A stretch of 63,642 bases of DNA, counting the filler, from Atractiella rhizophila (taxonomy: Eukaryota), in NCBI GenBank assembly GCA_021432655.1. It is 22 parts of 22 records of this genome, joined end to end, with 100 filler letters (N's around TTAATTAATTAA, not from the genome) between each part and the next. Parts side by side here need not be neighbours in the genome. Positions count along the whole stretch, not along the records: positions 11,869 to 14,723 come from MU272612.1; positions 14,824 to 17,670 come from MU272613.1; positions 17,771 to 20,611 come from MU272614.1; positions 20,712 to 23,543 come from MU272615.1; positions 23,644 to 26,431 come from MU272617.1; 17 more parts are not named here. One strand, 5' to 3'. Below are positions 12,307 through 24,586 of the stretch, in pieces (within the stretch, counting starts at the first letter, position 1; each line of letters starts with the position of its first letter). Both the position numbers and the translations under genes were made by a program. The notes beneath the pieces are model-generated. The model was not told where the DNA came from. It was given only the letters and a program-made list of their open reading frames with translations, and ran no database searches.

Positions 12307-12949
12307 TTCGTTGCTGTCGTAATACCAGGACGACCGTGCTCAGGCTCCTTAGCTGATGGCGAGAGTGTTAAGCTGGGTGTGCGTAATGGAGAAAGAAGTG
12401 GCTTAATAACACACCGTGGGCTGTTTCTGCTAGTGACCTGATGGCGGCAGGAACTCTATTTTGCATACCCCGAACAACGACGAGGTGACAATACAAAAAC
12501 CGAATAGGTATGTGTCTAACCGCATTGTGTCCTAATAGTACGTGTAGGACGTGTAGGAAGGCTAGGCGCGCACAGACGAGGCGAGGAAGGTGAGCTTGTG
12601 CGGTGTGATACGTTGAACAAGCAGACATAGATGGCTGGCTGGCATCATCACAACGTTAGCGTGTTGGGTGAACACCCACTTCCTGACTCCGCTATCGATT
12701 CCCACCCTGTCCTTGATTATCCGTTTCAATGTCCTAGTTCGATTTTAGAGTGATATGAGCTATCTCGCTTGTGATTGGCACTGGGCCAACTCATCTAAGT
12801 TGCCTGACAAAACAATACATCCTCTTTACAACTATACTGCATTAAAACCTGAGCTGGTATTGTATTCGGCGGAAGGCGGAAGCGGTAGTGGTGGAAGGAA
12901 ACAAAATGCGAAATGTCGACATGTTTGCAGAGCTCAAGACAGAGAAAGT

Positions 12950-13460
12950 AACAGATCCCTTCGACTCCAAACGCTCCCCTTTCGAAGTGGACTATAAAAG
13001 GATTGTCCTGAACGAGGTGGGAGAACCGCTGTCCAACCCAACCTCAAATCGAGCTGGGAGCTGGTGAAGATTCTGTTGGATGCTTTCACAGGTTCGTTTC
13101 CCTTTCTTCTCTTCACAGTGAATGAATTGATATCAGCACACCAGCAGGCCATCTAGCTCGCTAACTTGCTCCATCGAGATGTCTTTGTTGGGAACATACT
13201 GTTGTTACGAACCAAAGACGGTGAAGCACGAGGAAGGCTTATAGACTGGGAATTTGCGAAGGACATCAACCATGCCTCGGCGCGGTTGCCTGAACAAACT
13301 GTAAGTGTGGGCCTGAGCACGTATCCGCTACAATGTCATTTAAGCGGAAAGTTAGGGCACTTATCAATTATTGTCCCTTCGACTCATCCAAAAGCCTCGG
13401 GTGAAACATTGTGTCGCCGACGATATTGAATCTTTCGCTTACGTTCTCCTTTGTTTAACA
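12950..13460 (+). pseudogene. Degenerate fungal-type protein kinase (FunK1 / Pkinase_fungal)
   Basis: RIVLNEVGEPL..(frameshift)..SSWELVKILLDAFT-AHQQAI*LANLLHRDVFVGNILL..GRLIDWEFAK..QT-GTYQLLS..HCVADDIESFAYVL. FunK1 motif order is kept, with in-frame stops and a frameshift. Confidence 0.8.
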
Positions 13461-14684
13461 GTGAGTTGTTGCCATTCAACTGACTGGACAAGAGCGACGG
13501 TCATACCTTAAAATGTTCGACCGCAAAGAGAATAACCAAGATGAGACAACTACTCACGACGCAAATTTGATTATCCATGCCTTTTCAGGAAAAAGAACCA
13601 CGAGTTGCCGGGACCAATCACGATTGTGTTAAACGAACCATGGACCTGTAGAGGTCTATTCGGCTCTCTCACAAGTTGAGACTCGAGGCAAGCGGGAACA
13701 TTTTTCCTGTATGCGTAAGGACAATCGTGAGCTATTTGGACTCCCCTCCTCAGTACAAGTCTAAACTCACAATGTTGTGATAGCGTCAGAATTAAAGAAA
13801 AATCCATCTTCCTTGCTCTTGTCAGACGCAGGGGCAAATTGCAAACAACAACCCATTTGCGAACGAAGCCCTGTGGAAAGAGTAGAAAGCAATCTGGACA
13901 TCAAGCTCGTTGCGCTCCGTTTATACCAGAAGGCGAGAAAACGACAAGGACGTGGACTTCGTCCAAAGGCGGCATGATGGTTACGGAACGAGAACTGTGG
14001 CGCTGCCAGTAACAATACAATGCTTTGGTGAGGATAACGTGTTTTCGCTAAAATCTACTTGGAGTGCAGCTGTGAAATGCACGAGACGAACGTCGAGTTC
14101 GAGTGAAAGCACAAAGAAAGATATCAAAGAGGAAGGCGAAGCTTGAGCATTAATTCACGAACGAGCACCTGCAGCTCTCCCGTTTGCTTCTCATCCTCCT
14201 CCCGCTCAGAGAACCTCGATGAAGAACTTCACATCCTTGTTTACTCTTTACTGCGATCTCTCAGAGCCAACACGTGCGTCCGATGGTCCTGATTTAAGCT
14301 TTGTCTCACTACAAAAAGCTCTATCAGGCGAGCGACAGACAAAGGGAAGGTAAGACAGCGACCCACCAAAAAAGAAAGGGAGCAATACAGAGCACGACTC
14401 TCTCCCTCGTGGCAGGCCGCACCTTGTGTAATGGGACGCCTCCCAATTTCCACATTTGATCCTAGCACATCCACTCCTCGAGTAATGCGAGGTGAGCGTT
14501 CTGCCCTAGGAGATGGGTCGCTATCGCTTTGTAGCGCACTTCAAACCCAGCTTCATGGAGGGGATGAAGAGAGGAAGTGCGCAAATGGGTCACGTGACTA
14601 AAGCGCGTGGTTTACACCTAGCCTTAGGGGCAATACGATTTTGGGGCGTGGCAGAACATAAGGTATTGCCATGGCAGATGGCAA

Positions 14685-14723
14685 TAGGGTTAGGGTTAGG
14701 GTTAGGGTTAGGGTTAGGGTTAG
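14685..14723 (+). repeat. Telomeric (TTAGGG)n tract at contig end
   Basis: TAGGG(TTAGGG)5TTAG runs into the contig end with the G-strand oriented 5'->3' toward the end. Confidence 0.9.
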
Positions 14724-14823
14724 NNNNNNNNNNNNNNNNNNNNNNNNNNNNNNNNNNNNNNNNNNNNTTAATTAATTAANNNNNNNNNNNNNNNNNNNNN
14801 NNNNNNNNNNNNNNNNNNNNNNN

Positions 14824-15276
14824 TTCCACATACGCACGAGCGTGCTTGTCGTATTCTCGAGGCATCTCATTCAATAACCCATAAATTATTCCGCCTGCCC
14901 ACCAAGGAGACACACCTAATGGGTCCTTTGGGCGAGAACCTGCCCACCGAGTTGATTCAAAATGACCCGCTCCAAACCGCCACATCAGCTTGTTTTGGTC
15001 CGGGACGGGATTTGTCTCTCCAAAGAAGCGATATTTTTCTGAGGATTCTTCGTCTAACAAAGTGTGTAAGGCATCCACCTCTTGAGTGGTGAAAAATTCT
15101 GGAAAGGCAGCCGCCAGAACAACCTGCCGAACTCTTCGAGATCCCAGGATGGGCAATCCGTCACGCCGCTGCCAAACGATGCCTGTTGAACATTTGAGCA
15201 TCAAATAGTTGCAGGGTCGGCGCACCTTTAGCCTCTTTTCCACCCAGAAATGGCATCTGGTTTTTTCCAAGTTCAT
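14824..15276 (-). CDS. Hypothetical protein fragment, truncated by contig edge; possibly part of a decayed gene extending to about 16620
   Basis: About 150 codons of globular-looking open frame. Upstream same-strand frames at 15829-16119 and about 16200-16620 are interrupted by stops. Confidence 0.35.
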
Positions 15277-17770
15277 TGTGCTCCTGTTGGCAAATCAGTA
15301 GAGGAATATGTGATTGGTACCCTTACAGAGCGTAATCGAGAGCTTCTACTTCTGTAAGCTTGATCTGCCAAGGAACAATTCAATCCACATTTGGATGTAG
15401 CCGTCTGCATCATAGGGCTTCTGAGTCTAGCTACGGTTCATGCTCAAGTGGTGTTCCCATGTCCTTTTCCTATCATTTATATATATGCTTCAAATGAAGA
15501 ATCTGGAAGCGATGACATGTCCAACTTGGGCATTTGCATACTGCATACCTAAAAATGCGACAATGAGTCACAAAACTTCACATGATTATATGTCGAAGAT
15601 AGAAGCAAATCACAATCACACAAGGGATTAGAAGGGATCATTTTTGGCGTTGGTAATCTTGCAGTGCAGGGCGATGCGTGTGAACACCGGGTCATCAAAT
15701 TCAACGTGCAGGCCTTCCTGCAATGTATTACTCAACACATCATGCAACACCAATTACTTTAACCCCATCTCCCTAAACCGGGGAAGGCACGGATATTGTG
15801 TTGAATTATCCTTCGGGCTTAAATACCATTAACATTGTTGCGCACGATGCGGGAGACGATACAAATTACTTCGTGGCCTTTCTGGGCCATAAATTGGTTC
15901 CACACCCTCCCGAAAACCGTACTCATTTCCTTGAGCTGGATTCTGCCGCGACTGAGCGAGGTGCTTTACGTCAACCCGCCGCTGCAGCTCTTCATTGTAT
16001 CGGCTCCCCTTTGGCCTTGGAAATGTGGAAGACGTCCAAGGATATAGGGCAGCGTCGCTAGCTTCATAGTGAGGATGTAAATTCGGATCATGGTTGTCGC
16101 CGCTAGGTAAAGTAACCACCGCTTTACGTGCGACCCTGTCAGATCATGGTAAGGAACAATCTATCTACAGAGTGGACGAACCCACCATCTTTTAGATTTT
16201 GTCAGCCTGCTCGAGTAAAGGGGATGTAAATCGACCCAAGGCATTCTGGTAACCTCGCCCTTCGAGAATTTGTGGTGTAGCTTTTCTGACTGTTTTCCCG
16301 CGCCAGTTTGTCCTTGGAAGAGGAAATCACAACCATGCTTTTATTATCACTACGAGGTGAAAGGCTTTGTACGCAGCGATATGTGCAAATAATGCCAGTC
16401 AAGATTCCTGCCAGTATAACGGTCCTCCAGATCCCTTTGTGCAACAGGGAGTGTGTCGCTTGTACACTGTTTGCAGAACATGATTTGGCACCTTCCGTCG
16501 TTCAAACATCTGAGATCCCTTTGTTTAACAAGGATCTAGTAATTTGTCATCTTGGCCAAGCCCACTCGTTGTTCAATAGTTGTCAAATCCCGAATTATGC
16601 ATGTGAGCTGCCTCCCTCAAAGGCAAATGGGAACATACAGTGATTAGCGGAGCAAGATACATTTGAAGGTATCATTGAAACTTGGGCTTAGAGTGAACGG
16701 GTCGCTCTTAGCTCATTTTAAGCTTGTTGCTCCCAGGGCAGGAAAATTCGAGATTGATAGCAAGCTCTCATCGTGCAGTTTCGACAGAAACCACGGGACT
16801 TTTCGATCGTAAACTGTACAACAATGGCATGTCACAAAGTGCAGGAACGTAATTGTGGATAGTTGGAGGACATACCACTACAGTACCCACCTTCGCGTGC
16901 ATCTGCATTTTTGTATCATTCGGCGCTGTGGTGACCGACGAGGAAGTGTCAGGATCTGAACCCGAGAAACGTTTGAGCCTAGTGCTCTGAAAAAAAAGCA
17001 CTGAACATCGAACATGATATTCTTGAAACGCGAACGGCTGCAAATAGAGAGCTCTGGGCCATCATTTTATCCTTTACAAAGCACTAAATAAAAGATGGCT
17101 TGGTTGGAGAAGTGGTCAGAGAACATTGTATAAAATGCGCAATGAGAAGAGTGGAAAGCTTCATTCAGAACATATCTCGGTGAAGCAATATAAACGAAGG
17201 GACGGATAGTAAGTAATGAATCGGAACACGGCTGTAAGTACGTTATCATTTCTTGACTGCGAATGATATATATTGCGGTGAAGGTCGTTACACTCAATTT
17301 TGCGAAATGTGATTTTCGACTGAGAGAACGACCGCCTGTGAATAGTTGGAGAATAACAACTTTGTGCACCTTAAGTAACTAGAACCTCTTCCTCTCGTTC
17401 ACGTGTTCATCTTGTTCCAGCTCTCCTCCTGTTGGCAGGGCTCACTCTTCCTCGTATTTCTCGTTTGACGCTTGATTCGGTCGTATTGGATGAGTCATGC
17501 AGACTCTCTGAACTTTTTTCCATGATTCGTGTCTACGCCAACTATATAACTGGTCGCGCACCACGATTACAAGCCCAAAGAATGGCGTCTACGCTTGCAA
17601 GTTACCCACACATACGATCTGGGTTGGAGAGAAAGCTGGTGCAGAAGGGGGAGATTGTGTGAGCTTCCTGNNNNNNNNNNNNNNNNNNNNNNNNNNNNNN
17701 NNNNNNNNNNNNNNTTAATTAATTAANNNNNNNNNNNNNNNNNNNNNNNNNNNNNNNNNNNNNNNNNNNN

Positions 17771-18510
17771 GCAAAAGCATTATTGAATATCCTGATATGC
17801 TCTCGAAATGCCATTGACTCTATAATGATTGTCCCTCTCAGATATGTATATACAAAAAAATTGAATAGAAATACTTACCTGTTGTATTGTCATGTGTAAA
17901 AAGCTTTCGTAGCTCTTCAGGTGGAGGCGGAGGAACAGGTAGCAGCACCTTGCTGTGGAGACAGCACAATGCAAACTTTGGATTTCATTGTGGGCTGTTA
18001 ACGATCTTCTCTTCCATCCAATGAAAGGCTTTGCAATGTGTACAAAGTAATCCCCAAGTAGAGAGGTGGTGTGCCTCAAGATCCATATCAGGTGAGTAGT
18101 TGAATGCAGGATAGTGATGTTGCCTTATTTCGCCTCGCAACAACGGGATTAATGCTGTATCCTCATCACTGTCCACACCATCAGGATCAGGAGAGGATGG
18201 GTATGATCGGGTTTCTTCTTCAGTGTACTCCTCAGCGGAGGGTGAATGCTGTCTCCAATGTCGTCGAGCCGGTCGTGATGATATAGATAGTGAAGAGCTT
18301 CGACGGTGCCGCTGACACTGACGTGGAGCCCTAGTTGATCTTGTCTCATGTTGAGATGGAGTAGGTGGAGTAGGATTAAAACGTGCAGGGCGTTGCCTCT
18401 CTCTTACAGGTCGACCCTGGTATAGTGGCGCCTCCTGCTGCAGACATTGATGCCGTTTGGATCGATACTCTCGATTTCTTGTTTGATTTCTCTGAATTGC
18501 ACATGGCATG
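17771..18510 (-). mobile_element. Helitron Rep/helicase N-terminal region, decayed
   Basis: CTHCKAFHWMEEKIVNSPQ*NPKFALCCLHSKVLLPVPPPPPEELRKLF..(intron)..HIRIFNNAF matches the CxxCxAxHWxxE / FxxCCxxGKVxLP / IRxYNxAF pattern of Helitron RepHel proteins. In-frame TGA at 17985. Confidence 0.88.
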
Positions 18511-18811
18511 AGAGTGTAGCTTGCTGCACATAACAAAATGATATGAGTGAAGAATATATAAGCCAGAGTCCACACACCTATGCTTTTTTTGCTTGATTTG
18601 ATTTGATGCTAACAGGCTGAGGGATACTATAGTAGACTGTTAGGAAGCATATTTGTGTGAAAGAAACTGTTTCACTTGCATGAATGCTTGCTCACTTTCC
18701 CTCATAGTTGGCAAACAACAGTTTTTGGCGCACAACCTGAGAAATCAGAAAGCCCTGAAGAAATCATGTGCACGCAGTTTGCGGACAACAGGATTTGGCA
18801 GTGACAAAATG

Positions 18812-18895
18812 TGACATGACCGAGACTCAAACCCACACCAGCAGCAATCAGTCAAGACTCAACTGCCAACCATAAGCCAACTACACCATCACGCA
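18812..18895 (-). pseudogene. Degenerate tRNA-derived element (tRNA pseudogene or SINE-like head)
   Basis: Minus strand reads TGCGTGA-TGGTGTAGTTGG(A box)..GGCAG/TTGCT stem..GGGTTTGAGTCTC(B box with C>T changes)GG-TCATGTC-A, then CATTTT. The acceptor halves pair mostly through G-U. The anticodon cannot be assigned. Confidence 0.6.
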
Positions 18896-18969
18896 AACTC
18901 TTTATCTTATAGGCTTATTTGAGTAGGTAAGGAAATTTTTGTCAAAGTGCCGAAGTCAGTCACTTGACT

Positions 18970-19201
18970 GAGTCATGGAAGACAACTATTTTTTATCCTT
19001 TAAATAAGCTTTATTGTATACGGTTGGAAAGGTGCTGACACGCGTATTCTGGTGGTATGCTCAGAATTTTGATAGAGTTGTTGTGGACCAAGAAGTCAAT
19101 TGAGTCAGTAAGGAAAACAATTTTTTTTTCGTCTTTCAAATAGGCTTTGTTGTATACGGTTCGAAAGGCGCCGACACGCGTATTCTGATGGTATGCTCAG
19201 A
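18970..19201. repeat. Diverged direct repeat of about 100 bp (18970-19065 and 19102-19201)
   Basis: Both copies share GAGTCA..TTGTATACGGTT[G/C]GAAAGG[T/C]GC[T/C]GACACGCGTATTCTG[G/A]TGGTATGCTCAGA. Confidence 0.85.
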
Positions 19202-20711
19202 TTACTGGCAGGGTTGTTGTTGGCGCTGAGAGAAGTGCTCAAAAGTACATGCGTGAGTCATGCTAAAAACCCATCGTGCTTTATATATAAGGATATAGTG
19301 GCTTGAAAGATAGAATGGGTGGGTGGGAAGGAGGGGATTGGTTAGGCAAGAGGTGCGATGTGTGCTGACAGCAAAGGAAGGGGAGTGAGATGAAGCTTGA
19401 GATGAAGCCGAGGAAGGGAGTGAAATCGTACGTACCGTGAACCGTTGCTTTGTCGGCCGACTCTGTAAATGCTGACATTGATTGCGGCAACGGAAGAGAG
19501 ATAACGACCGAGAACTTTGGAGAAAACAGATAGGGAACCCTGAGATACGAAGGTACTGCTTTGCGTTCGGTAATTGGGATTGAACGATTGCTGGACTTAA
19601 GGAAGCAATGTGAGGTCGCATGGAGGAAGGGTCAGCAGCGAAGTGGAAGAGGAGCGGATGCAAAGCGGTCATGATTGATTAATCAAAGGTGCGCTGAAAA
19701 GTTGGTCTCGTGCGTTCTTTTGCGAAGACACGGGATGGAATGTGGGAATGTAATGGTATCCATGGCACATGCATCGCAGTCAGGCGCGACCACATTCCCA
19801 CAGACGATAATTCACTGAAAAGGGGTGCGCCTTGATCGAGGTTTCACCAATGTGGTCATGTGACCCTTCGTCCATCTTCCGAGTGCAATATTGTTTGAGA
19901 GATGTTGTGGAGGTGGCGCGTTATCGACCACGTTTCACGTGTTCCAACATGTGGAGAATTCACTTTCTGATCAATTCAGCGTTCGACAATGCGGCGCGTT
20001 CCTCACATTCTTTTATGTTTTTAACGAGCGCCTGGTCGCCGAGAATGTAGTACCGTTCCTCTCGCTCCTTATTCCGGATGGAGCTCGTTCATCTCGTCCA
20101 TCTCGTCCTTGATATGGTCAGAGAATCATATCGACCACAGCGCTCCCCAAAATCCGAACCCAAATGATTTTTCGATCGATCGTTCCGTCGTACAACCCGG
20201 TGGCTATGTTCGATGAGCAACTTCTGTGGGAGTTGGGCCCTTGGGCACAATGCTGCAAGCGGGTTATAAAAGCGAAGTCCCTGCTCCCACTTGCTTTCTC
20301 TTCAAGCCCTGCTCTCTCCCATCATTCCCCTGCTCTTAGGACATTGCTCTCAGCACAGAAACCTGCCCAACGTGAAGAAGAATGATCGTTAGTATTCATC
20401 GGCTTTCCTTCAGTCATACGTATGATGCACCTCTTGTAGAAAAAAACCCAAGGTGGATATACAATGGAAGTGGATGGGGAGAGGATATTCTTCCCCACCG
20501 AGATGATGTGGGTTGTCCTGACTGCGATGCTTGACCGTATATTGTTCGCTTTGCTTCTTTTGATGTCAAAGCTGAGGGATGCGGCAAGGCACCAATCATA
20601 CATCTCCCTCANNNNNNNNNNNNNNNNNNNNNNNNNNNNNNNNNNNNNNNNNNNNTTAATTAATTAANNNNNNNNNNNNNNNNNNNNNNNNNNNNNNNNN
20701 NNNNNNNNNNN

Positions 20712-21958
20712 TAAGCGGTCGCAGAATGACCACGCATAGGCGGAGGAGGTTTGCCTTTCACCTTCGGGCGCGACCAGCAAAAGGTATCTACAACAACGAA
20801 TCAGCGCGGAGTGAGGGTTTGAGGGAAGCACAGTACCTGCATCCATCCTATACAGTTCCTTCAGACAGCCTTTCTGATCCGTTCCACCAAATATCCACAG
20901 ATCCGAATCGACAATACAACCGCTATGTGCCCTGAAGTGCCGAGTTGGTGTCTTGCCGTGACTTGGAGCCTTGCTCCAATACATTGCCGTAGAAGGGACG
21001 GGACCATCGACATCAGCGTGAGGGAGGAGATGGGACCACACGTTCGTCTTAGCGAAGGAAGGGACATTGTCGTGCACAAGATGGTGTGCTATTCTGTCCT
21101 TCTCCCTCTCCATCTCATGACGAGTTTGGGTCCTCGATCGAGTGCGAACCTCGGCTTGTAAACGGCGTTCAGCGAGATCGGATTGCAGAGAAAACGTTCG
21201 CTCGTCTCGACTGGATGATTGGTTGGTACGTGGAGAGTCGAAGCGAGGAGTGGAAGTCGAGGAGATGTCGCGTGATCGGGACGATGGAACCTTTACCAAG
21301 CTTGGAGACCTCGGGGTTTGGGTTTGGGACTGGGATTGGGATTTGGACCGCGTTGCTTGACGCGAAGGGGTTGTAGGTGAAGGAGGAGGATTGGTAGAAT
21401 GCTTAGAGCTGGGAAGAGAAGATGGTGACGACGCTCCGTCGTGCTTGCTCTGCGACGATAGGCGTTGGGCAGCTGGAGGACGCCTTGGACTACCATCCGG
21501 ATCTGTAACGCGACGGACTTCTTGTAGCTGTGGATGGGCCTTAGTTGGCGTGTCAGACAAGGAGGTGGCTCGATGGACAGGCCGTTTCGCGGGAAGCTCA
21601 AGCTTGTCCAGGACATCCATGCTGGACGAGTCCACGTCGGCATCCCCTACCCTGCGGTCATCCTCCGAGTTATCAACCTCGTGAGGCGAATCTCTAGAGG
21701 ACCAATCCGAAATCGCAGGGTTGGACAGATTATTAATATTGTAATGCTCTGCGAGACGCCCGTCGAACGAGTCCGATCTCGAACGCGGAGCGAGCGCGCC
21801 AGTCGGCGGACGACTCGAGTTTTTTCGACTCGTGCTCGCGTCTCTTCTCGAGGCGACTTTCGCGCATTCCACGAAACCCATAAGCCCATGAGGGTCTCAC
21901 AGAAGACAGACAGCTTACCTTGGTGTTCCAACGCTGCTTGTTGTTCTGCCGTGATCAT
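20712..21958 (-). CDS. Kelch-repeat protein with long disordered Ser/Pro-rich N-terminus, 3' truncated
   Basis: MYWSKAPSHGKTP..FRAHSGCIVDSDLWIFGGTD..ELYRMDA-DTFCWSRPKVKGKPPPPMRGHSAT are kelch blades. The short first exon is MITAEQQAALEHQ. Confidence 0.85.
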
Positions 21959-22522
21959 TGGCGTCGGTGGCGGTGGAGGAGTTACAGCGCCTTGATTCGA
22001 AGACTTGAAGAGGAAGGGATTGGACAGAGACGAAGAAGAGAGGTGGTGGGATAAGGACGGGTGTCTCGAACCTACCCAACGAAGGAGATCCGTTAAAGAA
22101 GCTATCGAAAAGCGGCGAAGCCTTTCTTGAATAATATCGAAGTTTCTTACCTGAATCTCCCCGAGATCGCTTTTGTTGGCCAGTAGGTGGACTGATAAGA
22201 ATCTCCTGCGAGTCAAAAGGCATGGCGGAAGAGAGGCAGCGTAGGAGAAGTCGCACTTGTTTTTGGGGGAGATGTCCTGAAACATCTCAAAAAATGTTCT
22301 CCTTGCCGTCCAAGTTTCCACAGGTCTGGGTCTACCCTAGAGGTACTCGCAACTTCTGGCTGGGGCTTAGAAAACGAGACTCAGCTCAGAGATGGCATGC
22401 ATCGTGACATCAAACGGACTGATGGGGTATTTGGGCAAGCATAGATCATACTGTGCATAAGCAAGACGGAATAACACAACCAAGAAGACACGAAGACAGC
22501 ATGAACAGCAGCGTATGGACAA

Positions 22523-23117
<595 letters not shown>

Positions 23118-23457
23118 GTTGATCAGTTATTTGTTTGGGAGTGGTGGTTGCTTGAGGTGTTGGATGTAAATTTGTAGTGGCAGATGGGGTTCGACAGAAC
23201 GTCGTGCACCTTTTGAAGGACGCGCCGGTTGATGTTCGTTGATGGATGAAGTTAATTCATAGGTATGCACGTGCTTGGATTTCCTTTTATAGAAGGTGGA
23301 GCTCTCATGTTTTTCTGTCACGCCGCGAATTCATCATCAGAAAATCATCAACTCCGTCCCCTTCATAAACCAACCGCGACCTTCTTCCTCCCACCATCAA
23401 TCTCACCCAACACCTACAGCACTAAGGAACTACTGTACCTACCCACACCAATCGAAT

Positions 23458-23543
23458 ATGCCTCCCAAGAGCACTACTGCTAAACCCGCCTCCTCTGGTG
23501 GTTCGTTCCTCACATGTCTCTGAATTCGACGCGTCTAATGAGT
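23458..23543 (+). CDS. HTB1: Probable histone H2B, first exon only
   Basis: MPPKSTTAKPASSG then a GTTCGT donor. It is divergent from H2A across about 340 bp, the usual fungal H2A-H2B arrangement. The histone fold itself is not in the contig. Confidence 0.65.
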
Positions 23544-23643
23544 NNNNNNNNNNNNNNNNNNNNNNNNNNNNNNNNNNNNNNNNNNNNTTAATTAATTAAN
23601 NNNNNNNNNNNNNNNNNNNNNNNNNNNNNNNNNNNNNNNNNNN

Positions 23644-24196
23644 AAGAGCAAGAAAAAGGAAGAGCTACCCAGAAATCCGTGCCGAAAGTTTGATGGAATC
23701 TCGACCACCGCTCTGCATGAAACATCAGCGAACTTGTTGGAGTGTTGGATGATGTGAAAACGGACCGCATGATGACTGCTGCTGCAGCACTCGTTCCCTA
23801 CAACGCGTCATATAAGTCTCATTTTACTAACCCATGAGAGGAAACGAAAGGCACCGACCTGGTAGAAGACGGCAACGAGGATAATGATCCCCAACTCTGG
23901 CAAATTTTCATTGGTGATACTGAAACAGCACAAACAAGACGTCAGGTCCTCCTCTGACTGGAGATACTCATAATGAGAGGGACATACCTAGGTACCACCT
24001 TTGAGAAAAGCAGGGAAGGCAACAACACGTTCAGGATGACCTGTCCGATGTTCCTCATCCCCACTTCATTCAACAGCTTCGCGCGATAAAGCAGTGCTCC
24101 TGCTAGCGCTGGAAGGAGGAGACGTATGAGAGGTTTTATGGCTATGTAAATTATGCCTCCTATCGAAGGGAGGGTGACGCTATTGTCAGAAGACAT
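23644..24196 (-). CDS. Auxin efflux carrier / PILS-like (Mem_trans) membrane protein, N-terminal part
   Basis: IIYIAIKPLIRLL..GALL..IGQVILNVLLPSLLFSKVVP-SITNENLPELGIIILVAVFYQ..DFWVALPF. Confidence 0.8.
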
Positions 24197-24586
24197 CCTT
24201 GAAGGGCTGTTTATTTCGACAACTTGAAAACTTCGCTTTCGCTTTCGCTTTCATGCGATTTTTCCGGGATTTCTTTTCTCAATTCTCAGGGTTTTATGAC
24301 CCGACGCTCTCAGACAACACAGCGTAAGACACAGCAGAAATCTATGGGCTCCAAGAAGGCAGTCTTCTCATATATTCTTTTGCTGCTGGCCGTGGATGCG
24401 GCACGACCCGCGGGGAAGTGGGGAATGCATTTCCGACCGCCTTGACTGACGGCTATTCAGCGGCAATTTTGCAGTGACTTTAGAGTGAAGCAAAAGCGAG
24501 AAACGACGAAATAACAGTCTTTAGCTCACTGGCCACGGCAGGCCAGCTAACTGATAAGCTGTAGAAACAGAAAGCTAAACTGCAAG

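Noticed and set aside
14513..14779. ORF ending in a GLGLGL repeat
   Set aside because: It is just the translation of the telomere tract running into the linker.
17643..17670. AGAAGGGGGAGATTGT resembling a copia polypurine tract plus LTR start at a contig end
   Set aside because: No RT, RNase H or integrase remnants are recognisable upstream, and only about 15 nt follow, so it cannot be supported.
19202..19672. 156-aa ORF upstream of the Helitron as a captured gene
   Set aside because: Ser-rich, no recognisable motif or splice structure; may be non-coding.
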